Source: Eledone cirrhosa
Taxonomy: Eukaryota
Direction of reading: 5' to 3'
Assembly: GCA_964016885.1 (NCBI GenBank)
Contig: OZ024741.1
Coordinates: 231,384,001 to 231,448,000 of the forward strand
Length of the DNA stretch: 64,000 nucleotides
In this document: positions 13,607 through 25,486 of the stretch, one piece after another
Numbering within the stretch: position 1 is the first letter of the stretch
Layout of the letters: each line of letters opens with the position of its first letter
Notes under the pieces: generated by a model
Told to the model about the DNA's origin: nothing
Seen by the model: the letters and a program-made list of their open reading frames with translations, nothing else
The model's database searches: none
Position numbers and translations under genes: made by a program

Positions 13607-13647
<41 letters not shown>

Positions 13648-13648
<1 letters not shown>

Positions 13649-13860
13649 AAGGCGTGTGGTTGAGTGGTTAGAGAATTGGATTCGCAATCGAAAGGTTGTG
13701 AGTTCGATTCCTGGACTAGGCGATGCGTTATGTCCTTGAGCAAGACACTTTATTTCACGTCGCTCCTTCTACGTGGAATTGCGACCGATATATAGTATTA
13801 GCAATTGGAAAGACCAACGGAACCATTGTTTCCTCGGTCCGATTTGACGTAGGTCGATCG
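13648..13860 (+). mobile_element. tRNA-derived SINE (CORE-like domain)
   Basis: A box TGGTTGAGTGG, B box GTTCGATTCC, then TGTCCTTGAGCAAGACACTT. Homologous 3' fragments lie at ~26825-26920 and ~38525-38630. Confidence 0.75.
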
Positions 13861-13949
13861 TTCCTTTAAAATATATATATATATATATGTGTGTGTGTAT
13901 AGCAGTGAAAGAGTGAAGAGTTTTTCTGGGTAAAGTCGAGCGCTTTATT

Positions 13950-15984
13950 TGGGAATATGGAAGAGTAGCAGTTATTGATATCAAAGTGTATGAAGTTGGA
14001 TGCTTCCCTACTGTCTATTTTACTAAACCAATCTATTGCGTCGTTAGTGTTACCCCAGGAGGAATTTTTAGAGATGACACGCTCCTTTTACCTAAAAATT
14101 TAAATTATCAAATCATGGAAAGGTTACGGAAAAACATCAGAATCTTCTTCAATAGACTAGGCCTATCACATTCCAACTTAACTCTAAAAAAGCAAATTTC
14201 TTAGATGTAACACTCAACCTAAACACAGGATTAATAGAGCCTTTCCATAAAAATAATGAGAATCTAGCCTGCATTAGTTATAACGCAAACCACCCTTGCT
14301 CCATATTTAATTCGATAGCACCTACTATATCCCTCAGAATATCCCGCCTATCTTCTAAACTGGAGATGTTTAACGAACACGCAAACTACTTTAACATAGC
14401 TTTACATAAGGCAGGCCACAAGGAGGGGCTCAAATGCATACCAGATAGAGGGAGCAACTACAAAGCTAACGACAACTACACTACTCTCACCCATAGGAAT
14501 AACAAATATAGAACTAAACATGGAAATAGACACCAGAAATATCCGAACCGAACACTAATATAGGGACCACTAGGAACTACAGAAAATCCAGAGATAGGAA
14601 ATACTTATGAGTTAATCCAATCTTCAACTCTTCTATAAAAACCAACCTTCCATCAACATTCTTTAAGGTAATTGACAAACACTTCCCTACACTTCACAAA
14701 TACCATAGAATCTTTAACAAAAAAACTATCAAACGCTCTTACTCTACTACAGCCAACATAGAAGAATCACACATGCATAAATTCAACTAAAGAAGAATCT
14801 CTAAGGAAAATAACCTACCAACATACACCATAGCACCAAATACAAAACGCAAACACATAACAACATCACAACCACACACACGTCAGGGAACATCGCAACA
14901 AACCATCAATAAACCTAAATCTCAGCCCATCCCTAACAACATGTCGCACTGCAGACTTTGGAATATGGAGTTGCTGCATATTTTAAATTATGATAAAATG
15001 ATGCTTAACAACAAAATAGAACGATCAATTTTCAGTAGGCACAAAGCAGCTACCAAGTTCTCTAACTTCAAACCGGCATGATTCGATCCAGCAATCTCAG
15101 AATTCAAGCAGTACCACCCGGCTTTTATTGTACTAGCTCCACACCACCCCTCTGTTATTAGCTGTCAACTGACCAACTGGTCATTAAATCAACATCATAA
15201 ATCTCCCAACATTTCTTTCACTCTCTCTATAGCCACAACACCTCCATTAAGATAAAACAATCAGTCTGCCAAACATTAACCACCCGACTATCATCACTGC
15301 CCCTTTCACTTTTTATTCTCTATCTATCTATCTACTCCTTCCCCGTCCTTACCTACCCCTTATGTCTCATTCTCGAATCCTTATCCCCACTCTCTGTCTC
15401 CTGTCTCTTATCTATTCCTCTGTCACTTATTTTTTATTTATTATTTTTTATCTTTTAACTTTTATTTGTTATTTTTCATTTTTTTATTTTTTTTATTCTA
15501 ATCCTCTGAGATTTGATCATATCTCTTGCATCTATACTACATATAATGTATTTAGCGTTCCTTTTCATGTTATTGTTATCTCTACCGTCATCATTACTTT
15601 ACATACCCACTTACTCACCACTGTAACTTCAACTACCGATGCCACCACCATTAATATTATCAGCAATCGTATTCTGTACTTAACTTTTACTTATCTTTTA
15701 CATCTTTATCATTTTCATTCTAACTTCTTTTTTATTATCTTTTATTATCTTTTATTATTGATGTTGTTGTTTTGATTTTCCGATGTATCTATAAATACCA
15801 ATGCCATGTGTTACACCCACCAGTATTCCGAAGATTTGATCAGAGACACAAACTGTATTTAAGGTCGAGTGACGCAACGTCGAGTGTTAGCGGCCTTTAG
15901 ACTCCCTTGATCAATGAAACAATTGTTGATACTGTAAATAAACCCTTTTTGAACAGCCGACCATGTTATTCTTCACTCTTTCAC

Positions 15985-15990
<6 letters not shown>
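13950..15990 (+). mobile_element. Decayed Penelope-like element (RT C-terminal half, linker, tail with HHR)
   Basis: Fragments GIFRDDTLLL...ERLRKNIRIFF, LDVTLNLNTG and MFNEHANYFNIALHKAG are collinear with the PLE ORF at 28082-29248. There are many stops and frameshifts. Confidence 0.8.
15821..15934 (+). ncRNA. Hammerhead-like motif with an 81-nt stem II (core CCGAAGA); decayed copy at 24182-24296 on the - strand
   Basis: CAGTATT-CCGAAGA-T-TTGATCA...TGATCAA-T-GAAAC-AATT-GTT|GATACTG, located at the 3' end of a PLE. Confidence 0.65.
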
Positions 15991-16046
<56 letters not shown>

Positions 16047-16048
<2 letters not shown>

Positions 16049-16230
16049 TTCTACTTTAGGCACAAGGCCAGCAATTACCCAGTTTCTTACTGGTACTTTA
16101 TGTTATCGACCCCGTAAGGATGAAAGGCAAAGTCAACCTCGGCGGGATTTGAACTCAGATCGTAAAGGGACGTAACTATGCTGGAAAGCATGGCATCCGA
16201 CCCTCTACCCATACTGCCAATCCACTGCCT
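16047..16230 (-). mobile_element. tRNA-derived SINE (octopus-type, Nin-like central domain)
   Basis: The minus strand has GAGTTCAAATCCCGCCGAGGTTGACTTTGCCTTTCATCCTTACGGGGTCGATAA and the tail GGCCTTGTGCCTAAAGTAGAAAC. Same family as 29646 and 40347. Confidence 0.85.
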
Positions 16231-16231
16231 C

Positions 16232-17027
16232 AACGGAAAAAATGAAACGAAATTTCATTTCCCACTCTTAGTACGGCTGTTACTTAAATATAAGTATGTA
16301 CACGTACATACATATATGTATACAGACGTACAGTAGTATGTATATATATATATACATGCATGCACACATATGCACGTATGGATTCACCGAACATTTATTA
16401 TAATGCTCGGTGTGTTTGTAAACAAACATCCCGTATTAAGCCGTAGTGTCTAGCAACCATCGTTGCTCGTTTGTTCAACACTGACAAAGGAAAGCTGTAC
16501 TAGTTTCAAGCTTATTAGCTATCGTCAGCAACTTATACCTTTCTGCCAGATTGTTGAACGTATATACTTACATTATGCATATTAACGGCTGAGTAGTCCA
16601 ATTTGCATATCGAGTGGGTTAATCGGCCGGGTGCACCGAAAACGATAAACGGAAAAAATGAAACGAAATTTCATTTCCCACTCTTAGTACGGCTGTTACT
16701 TAAATATAAGTATGCACACGTACATACATATATGTATACAGACGTACAGTAGTGTGTATATATATATATATATACATACATGCACACATATATACATGCA
16801 CGTATGGACGATAGCTAACAATCTTGAAACTAGTACAGCGTTCCTTTGTCAGTGTTGAACAAACGAGCAACGATGGTTGCTAGACACTACGGCTTAATAC
16901 GGGATGTTTGTTTACAAACACACCGAGCATTATAATAAATGTTCAGTGAATCCATACGTGCATGTATATATGTGTGCATGTATGTATATATATATATACA
17001 TACTACTGTACGTCTGTATACATATAT
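16232..17027. repeat. Complex direct plus inverted duplication (A-B-C-A-B'-A')
   Basis: 16232-16382 recurs directly at 16648-16808, and 16310-16527 recurs inverted at 16809-17027. Confidence 0.85.
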
Positions 17028-20000
17028 GGTCTCACCGGGAATTGGGATCGCCGGAAATCGAACGTGATATCTGACGCCGAGGGGAAAAGGTTAATCCTTG
17101 GAATGAAAACATTCTCCCCTCTCCCGCACTCCATTACAATGGTGGCCTCAATCAAGTGTGGAGTCAGTGACTTGACGGCGATGCGAGTACCGTTGCACTG
17201 CTTTGGTGGACGCAAGTTCCTTATTAGCATAATGGGACAGCCAACCCTAATATTAAGAATGTGAGCTGGGTGCCCTGGGAGCTCAAGGGAATTTAATAAC
17301 TCAACCGGATAATTACCGATATCGTCGGGGTCTGACCTCTGGTCGATAGATTTGAAGATGTGCTCTTTACCGGTAATCAGCTGCTCCTTAATAAAATTAA
17401 TCATGGCATTTTTTGGAGCAAGGATGGCTCTTTCGCTGAGCCGATCGAGGTTTTTAAAGTTAGATGAGACATTAGGAAAAACTGCTTCCCAAACGTCAGA
17501 AGGGCTGCTCACAATGTTGAAACAGGGAGTCGATTGCTATGCCGCCCTTGTCATCCCCAGGGACCTTGCCCTCACCAAGTGCTAAAATGTTCTGAGCAAA
17601 TGCTGCAGACATGTTGTCACCATGCAAATGAGCACGCATATTTGTGCTCAAGTACAAACTCTTCACCTGAGGCCACAACGTGGACGACTTAAGGCAGACA
17701 CGCACTTCATCAACTCTTGTCCCTTTGGGGATGACAGGCAGCGTTTGCCGAAAATCCCCTGATAGCAGAAGGGGTACACCACCCATTGGAGCCGTAGAAT
17801 CCCTAATGTCATTCACGGTCCCGTACAATGCCTCAAGGGCACCCTTGTCTGCCATTGTGCACTCATGCCAAACAATGAGGCAACATTGTTTGAGAAACAG
17901 AAATTCGAAACTGATATTGCATGTTGTTGTCTCAGTTTTTATTAAATCCAAGGGGAGTTTAATGTGCTGTCCTGCAGCGAAGTAGCAGCTATCCCGGACG
18001 ATGCAACGGCCAATGCAATTTATTTTTCCTGCAGAATCTTAGCGAGTATCAATCTCTTTACAAAAGGTTTTTCCGGTACCCCAGGAGCATCTCGAAAGTA
18101 AATAACCCCAGTCTGATTTTGAACCGCGTCAATGATAGTTAAATAGGCCAACCTTTGGTCCGATAGAAGTTTGGGCTCATTTTTCTCTAAGTATTGGGAA
18201 AGAGATTCAATGTCATATGCTATTTCCCGCAGCAAATCCGGGGCTAACGTTTTACTTCCTCTCTGGCGGTTGACGGCAAGCCATATGTCGCCAACTCACT
18301 CCCACCCATGTCGAGGAGGGCGTCCTCGATATCAATGAGTGCCCTGTTGTAGATAATGTAGCTGTAACCAACTTCCACTGAAGGATACTGCAGATGAGCC
18401 AGGTGCAGGAAGTCCTCAGACATGAATTCTCTGTACTTGACCCATAAAGATTTGGGATCACCCAATTCACACTTTTGAAGCAAAATGGCAAAGATTGCCG
18501 TAGACTTTTAGGTGATTTCAGCAAAGCACCCTCTGCTAAAGTCGAATCCCATTGCGAATCATCTTCCAAAAGACCACGCTTAAAGAAGGCTTCCCGGTAC
18601 GTATCACATATTTCTCTATCAACAATTTTGAGGTCCTGAACACTTTGTGGGCTTACAAATTCATGCAGAAGAAGGTGGAGATGAAAGCATTCATGCTGAC
18701 TTAGGGGCAGCTGTCAAATTTTACACCAGATGTCTTTCAACAGCCTGACCTGATTTTCTTCGCACCCAAGAGTTTTTCGACCATATAAAGTAGGATCGAA
18801 CCTGGGGGTACACAATTGTTTGCGCAAATGTATCGAAATGGCAAAGTTTGAAGAAACCCGTTACAGTGTTCTCTTTCGGATCGGCGGCCAACTTGGCGGC
18901 GGTTTGGTCTGTAAAGTAAACCCTTTGCCCATTTTCCAAATGTACCGCAAGCTGTACGATGGCGGGGTGCCGTTGGTGTAGGGGTAAACCAAATAGGCGC
19001 CAAAAAGCCTCATTGCTACTGATGTACCGCCCCGCCAGCTATTCTGTGACCTCGTCCTTGCTTGAAATGCGAACATTGCGGCATCAGAGCCCATATTTAC
19101 ATATTTGCATATGTATTTTATCGACTTGACGGAGTTGCAAAACTCAACGTTGATGTGGGCTTTGAACATCTTCAAGAGAAGCGGGAAGTAAGTGAACACA
19201 TATCTATTGCCGACTTGACCTCCATTTACTGTTGTGGTGAAGCCACCGTTCTCGGACCGTCTGCGCCTGTAGAGGGGGTACCCGTCGCCACCAGACTGAG
19301 TCACGTCACATTTGTTTTGGGGTATCCCTTACTGCACAACCCCCCACCCCTCTTTCAGACACGTGTGATGCTCATTAGGACCCGACGCACACGGACCATG
19401 AACCATTTTAGCTTTGACGCTGTCATGTAATTCCTGGTCAGTTGCTGGGTTAGGGATTTCAGCCGAAATGAAGCTGTCTATGGCATTTGAATTGATTTTA
19501 TCAGCTAACCAAATCAAAATGTGAGCATGTGGCAACCCTCGCTTTTGCCATTCGACGGTGAATATGTCACATTTTACACCGCCAAATATCTGACCCTTTT
19601 TTATTAAAGCCATGAGTTTAGCCAGTTTTAGTCTCAACACTCTGGCAATGAGGTCATGTCTGTTCGAATAATTTTGCCCAGGAAATAGTTCACGGGTTAT
19701 CTCAACCCATGTCGGATTACACCGGAATGTAATGAACAGATCTGGGCGACCATAATGGCGCACATACGTCATGGCATCCTGGGTTTTTTCGTGCATGTAT
19801 CGAGGACCCTAACGTAGCTAGAGGGCAGGATACAAACCTTTCCAAGGTTTCTGGGATCTGCATCACTCCTTATGGCATCACAGAGGTGAATGTAGCATTC
19901 AGAAGCAACTGTTTCTGATGCGTGTGAATGAAGCATAACCTTTCAGACTCCATTTTTGCAGCCATATCAACTGCAAACTGATGGTAAAGCTCTCGTGATC

Positions 20001-22600
20001 TATGAATATTATTAAAACTATTCTGTCTGATCATGAAGCGGTAGGAATAAAAATCCATACAGGATACGCTTTTATTTGACGTCTTGTCAGGATTGTTTAA
20101 CGTCTGGTCAGGATTGTTTGACGTCTCGTCAGAATTGTTTGACTTGCTTTGAGGAATACCGAAATGGTATCCGTCTTCCCCATAAGCAAAAAGCAGTGGA
20201 TATTGTAGGCTGTCGTATGACCGATGCGTTTCACAAATCCTCTGCAGCGTATCGTCACGACTTTTAATGAGAATGTCCCTTTTTTATGCTGTTTTCCATG
20301 GAGAACAACGGCTAGTTCATTGCATGCGGGGGCGTTATAGCGGTGAGCATGCTCCCCAGATGGCCTTTTGTCAGCATCAATAACGATGTTGTAGTTGGGT
20401 ACAGGTGTTGATTCCAAGGCATATTTGAAGCTCTGGACGTAGCTATTGTTTTCATGAAGCATGCGTTGAAGACCGTGTAATACTACTCTCTTTGTCAACA
20501 GATTTACTTTTCTCGCCGTTAGACTTAGAAATAATAGAAATACACATGTCAGCCTGTCTATTGTCGTCAGTTATAAAGTACATTTGGAGAAACGCAGACC
20601 TTTCCGTTTGTTGAGGCTGGAGTGATCCAATTAGATGGTATATCTGTCCCTGAAATTTAAATGTGGGCACCAACCCTTCTTCTCAGACGACGCGTGCCCA
20701 GAAAGAGGTCATCTGAAAGGCACAATTATACTTTCTGATGAGTTCAAAAAATCTTTTCACCTAGGAGTTGTGCCAGTAAGAGGTTCTTTCAAAGGCTGCG
20801 GTGGGTCCTCTAGGGTGAGTAAATTAACCTTGCCATTGGAGCAGCACATTCCAGGTGGTTCTCCAGCCCACTTATTTGCACTACAGAACTTGCAAATTAA
20901 ACTCATATTCCCAATCTGGATGTCAGGCCGCATTGAGAAGTTAAGTGTTCGATCATAATTAAAAGCTTTTAAAAGCCAATATGAATTATTTTGACTTTTT
21001 ATGCCCCGGGCAGTTTCTTTACGCCGATTGTTCTTTTCAAGTCTAATACTGCGATCGTTGTGTGATTCTTTGGCTCTAGCAGCGGCAGTAGCCACAGCAT
21101 TACGGGAATTACAGATAGAACGGTCTAAATCACTAAGCTTAGCACGCGACGATGTATAGTAAGATGTATTGTTGGCTAGACGCGCACTACGCCTGTCGTC
21201 GGTTTCAGCAGCTCGTCTATTTGCTGAACGTAAAGCACTTTGTGACAATCGCAATTCAGTTTCCTCCTGCGATTCATTCAACCGTCTTTTCTGTTTAGCT
21301 GCAGACATCGTTTTACGACCAAGTGAGCATCTCTTTTTTGGAGGCATTATATCTGAAAATGTTAAACAAAAACCTTATGAAATTCTAAACTAAATGGTAA
21401 ACACATTTGAATGGAAGATGAAATGGCAAGGAAAAAAAAGTAAATAGAGATGCAATATTCAAACAAAATTGGGGGTAGGTATGACTAATTATCTACCAAC
21501 TGGTAGTATTTGGACGGAAAAGCAGAATATATGGGGGGAAAAAAAATCACTGAACAAACGTATTTGTAAGCTTAAAAGTGAAATGTTATGCTTAACAAAG
21601 TATTGACAAAATATTTTTAACAACGTAAAAGAAAGAAGAACATACAGGTAAACTTGGCTTGAAACCGAATAAGCTTTTCGAATTCTTATTTTAAATACCG
21701 TGATCGAGTGTTTCTGCTTCATGACCTTCTCCTGACCAAAAGCAATAATTGTCCCGACTTTGAATAGAATCTGTTGGAAATAAAACACTGGAAATATTAG
21801 AATTTATATGAAAATAAAAATAAAATATTAACAGACACTCACCTAATCAGTGTATTCGGCAGAATTGCCAGAACTACAACACTGTGGGTGTTGTTATATT
21901 CATATTTAACCAATTAAAGTCGTAAAAAATAAATAATTTAAACATTCCTATTCATATGGCTATAGAATTAATATGTTATATGAAGTGTTATTTTGCGGGT
22001 TGTTATTTGCAATAAGCCGATTTAAAATGCCCCAGAAAAGCCGTATGTCAATACGGAATGCCAATGACTCCCGCAGCAGTTAAATTATAGGGAGAGGGAA
22101 TGAGCTATTATAGAGAGAGGGAAGAGCGATGGAGAGAGTAAAGCTAAGAAACTATAGGGAGGTGTGCCGTATGTCAATACGGAACGCCAATGACTCTCGC
22201 AGCAGTTAAATTATAGCGAGGGGTAATAATCTATTATAGAGAGAGGGAAGAGCGACGGAGAGAGTAAAGCTAAGAAACTATAGGAGGTGTGTAAAACAGT
22301 GTTGTCATATAGAGAGTGAAGAGCGCCAGAAAGAGTAAAGCAGTTAAATTATAAAGAGGGGAAATGATCTATTATAGAGAGAGGGAAGATCGACGGAGAT
22401 AGTAAAGCGAAAAAACTATAAGGAGGTGTCTTAAACTTCAAAGCATGATCGATTTTTGCCCTTATTCTTGATTGATTTGAAATGTTTTTCCGTTCCAGAC
22501 CTTCTCCTCACCGAAATCAAGAAATGTCCCGACTTAGAATAGAACCCGTTGGAAATTGTGGAGGTGCATACGTTACAAAACTTAACTCACACATCATCAG

Positions 22601-22612
<12 letters not shown>
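17028..22612 (-). mobile_element. Decayed autonomous Helitron (RepHel: Zn finger, HUH Rep, PIF1-like helicase), 3'-truncated
   Basis: Zn finger CKFCSANKWAGEPPGMCCSNGKV. Rep motifs PDLFITFRCNP, EWQKRGLPHAHILIWL and KSIKYICKYV. Helicase motifs DAPG, LLLSGDFRQTLPV, TNMR, ILAPKN and LIRNLRPPKQCNGTR. Multiple frameshifts; the 5' end merges into (TA)n. Confidence 0.95.
22040..22430. repeat. GA-rich subterminal tandem repeats of the Helitron
   Basis: GCCGTATGTCAATACGGAA...GCAGTTAAATTATAG...AGAGAGAGGGAAGAGCGA...AGTAAAGC recurs 3-4 times. Confidence 0.75.
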
Positions 22613-22649
<37 letters not shown>

Positions 22650-22653
<4 letters not shown>

Positions 22654-23286
22654 TAAACGGAAAAGAAAATACTGACAAATTGTTCACAGTGAAAAATAGT
22701 TTAATTAAGAATAAGTGAGAATTAATAATAGTATTGGTTAGTATTCAGTTTTGGTTTTAAGTTTTACCGGTTGCGCATTTCTAATGCTTTTCAAAAATAA
22801 TTTTGAGATAGAGCGTCCGTGATGTTTGCTCTAATCTAATTAGTTTTGGAAATTCTACCTGTTTTTATGATAAAAAAAAGTGGCTCCAGCGGTATTAGAA
22901 TAAGTTTTGCGCCAATTCGTGTTGCAAAAATTCTTGTGGTAAAACAATTTTGATTGGTCGGTAGAGGTCATGTGAATGTTAAAAATTGATTTTGCGCCAA
23001 ATGTAGGTTTGTGTCGGCTGATTGAGAAGTCACTGAAAAATAATACCGCTGGAGCCACTTTTTTAACATAAAAACCGGTAGAATTTCCAAAACTAATCAG
23101 ATTAGAGCAAACATCACGGACGCTCTATCTCAAGATTATTTTTGAAAAGCATTAGAAATGCGCAACCGGTAAAACGTAAAACCAAAACTGAATACTAACC
23201 AATACTATTACTAATTCTCACTTATTCCTAATTAAACTACTTTTCACTGTGAACAATTTGTCAGCATTTTCTTTTCCGTTTACCAA
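22650..23286. repeat. Fold-back PLE terminus with U3-A8 HHR-like motifs (23139-23174 +, 22762-22797 -)
   Basis: 22650-22897 is the reverse complement of 23041-23286. Motif TTT-TTGAAAA-GCATT aga AATGC-GCAA-CCGG-TA-AAA, with A13>C. Confidence 0.8.
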
Positions 23287-23321
23287 TATATCATAACTTG
23301 TGTGTTACACCTCTATTCTTT

Positions 23322-23381
<60 letters not shown>

Positions 23382-23434
23382 ATTGAAAGAGTGAAGAATA
23401 ACATCGTCGGCTGTACAAAAAGCGTTTATTTACA

Positions 23435-23745
23435 GTAACAGAGATTGTCTGTCTGTCTGTCTGACTCCCTAAAATTCGAGAACCACCCAACCGATGTTTT
23501 TCAAACTTTACACATCTAATAATTATGGTCGTTTGATTATTTTGAGCAAAGGATAGTTCAAATGTTCAATGCCCTAGGGACCGCATTAGGCCGTTTAGCG
23601 ATCTCTCTATCTCATTCTTAGTCTGTTCTTTTAGATAAATACGTAGCTATAAGGTCGCGCCCTTATAATATCTCTCTGTATGCCTGGCTGTCTACATTAT
23701 GACATTATGATACTATCTCTGTGTGTTTGTATATATGTATATATG

Positions 23746-23776
<31 letters not shown>

Positions 23777-23900
23777 GTGCGTAAGGTTTTTCGAAATATT
23801 TACTTCTGCGTTCACAGATTGATTAATTTAGTTTCAGAAGATCCCGTTAAGGTTGAAAGCCTCGATTCTTCGTTTAAACTTTAATCTGTTATTTTAATAT
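23435..23900 (+). mobile_element. Partial second copy of the 11634-12271 Helitron family, with the same HHR cargo (23830-23880)
   Basis: Collinear with 11648-12160, e.g. CAAATGTTCAATGCCCTAGGGACCGCATTAGG and AGTTTCAGAAGATCC. Confidence 0.75.
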
Positions 23901-23936
23901 ATATATATATATATATAAATATATATTTATATATAT

Positions 23937-24130
23937 ATCTATCTATCTATCTATCTAAGGCGGGTAAAATTCCCGAGATCCATGGACGAGTTCTCTCCAG
24001 CGGTCTCTGTCCCTCATTATCCCTGCCATGTCTTGCGTCTCCAACAGACCAGTGTCTGTCCTTAGGGCATCAACATACATTAACCTTGGTCTTCCTCTTC
24101 TAGTGTGTCAATGTAGGGGCTCCCAAAGGA
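23937..24130 (-). mobile_element. RTE/RTE-X LINE extreme 3' fragment with a (TAGA)n tail
   Basis: The minus strand translates as RRGRPRLMYVDALRTDTGL...MRDRDRWRELV and is followed by a tetranucleotide tail. Confidence 0.65.
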
Positions 24131-24369
24131 GTGAAAGAGTGAAGAATAACATGGTCGGCTGTACAAAAAGGGTTTTATTTACAGTATTAACAATTGTTTC
24201 ATTGATCAAGTGAGTTTAAAGCCTGATAATTACTCGAAATTGCGTCACTCGACCTTAAATTCAGTGTGTGTCTCTGATCAAATCATAGAAATACTGGAGG
24301 GTGTAAGATTCTTTCAGCATATATACCATATACCATGTGCGCTTTTCACCCACATATTTTAAAAGTTTC

Positions 24370-24441
<72 letters not shown>

Positions 24442-24553
24442 GATCAAAAAATGGTTGAAAGAGTGTTTATTGTGCGTATTTCAAAAACAAATACCATAAT
24501 GGGATGATATTAGCGTTCTCATCAGATAAAATAGGGAGACATGATATGAAGCT

Positions 24554-24624
24554 TATTTTATCTGATGAGAACGCAAATATCATTCCATGATGATATTTGT
24601 ATTTGAAATGCGCATAATAAAATA
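24554..24624 (+). ncRNA. Type I hammerhead ribozyme with an extended stem II; mutated inverted partner at ~24464-24533
   Basis: TATTTTAT-CTGATGA-(36-nt hairpin)-GAAA-TGCGCA-TA|ATAAAATA, with an 8-bp stem I and a palindromic stem III. Confidence 0.8.
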
Positions 24625-24733
24625 CATGGAACTCTTTTAACCATCTTTTGATCTTATATTATTTATACTCCAGTCCTATAAACTGTCTAGTGCTACTTAT
24701 CCGATATTTGTGGTACAATAAAACTCACCTCCT

Positions 24734-24825
<92 letters not shown>

Positions 24826-24829
24826 GTGA

Positions 24830-25331
24830 GGTTTCTTTACAAAATGAAAAATAACCGAGGTGTCCTACACGGATGAAAGTATAGAGAAAAAAAGATGAAA
24901 TCGAAAATGCAACTGGAGTCTTATTTTTAGAAAATAAAAAAAATTATTTGGTTCCATTACCGGTTTCGCAGTTCTTCTGCCTTTCAAAAGTAAAGTTGAG
25001 ATGGAGGGTCTGTCGTTTTTCTCACATCTGGTTGGTCTTTGAATGTTACTTGTTTTATATGGAAAAAAGTGGCTCGAAACGCCAGGTTTTCAGAGAAGTA
25101 ATTTGATTGGTTGGTCAATAAATATAATAAATTTCGCGCCAGTTCGCGTTACAAAGTTCTTCAAACAAGGGGGCGGGGGGCTCAGGGTTTTTTTCATATA
25201 TGAGTGTTTGAATTACCTTTTACTTAAAAAAGGGGGCTCACGAAGGCTTTTTTGTTATAAATGTAATTTGAATGGTTATAAATGAAATTATGGCTGTCAC
25301 GTGAAGAAGTTCATTAAATTTCTCGCCCGTA

Positions 25332-25379
<48 letters not shown>

Positions 25380-25414
25380 TGAGTGAGTGAGTGAGTGAGT
25401 GAGTGAGTGAGTGA

Positions 25415-25486
<72 letters not shown>

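Larger units (their letters stand above)
12314..13612 (+). mobile_element. Non-coding 987-nt tandem unit (1.3 copies) bounded by hammerhead ribozymes; retrozyme-like or non-autonomous PLE
   Basis: 12314-12625 is repeated at 13301-13612 (offset 987). Each copy starts with an HHR. There is no meaningful ORF and both flanks are (TA)n. Confidence 0.8.

Noticed and set aside
13648-13730. tRNA gene
   Set aside because: A and B boxes are present, but there is no full cloverleaf and it continues into a SINE body.
22040-22430. CRISPR-like repeat array
   Set aside because: Eukaryotic context, degenerate tandem units without unique spacers, and no cas genes; these are Helitron subterminal repeats.
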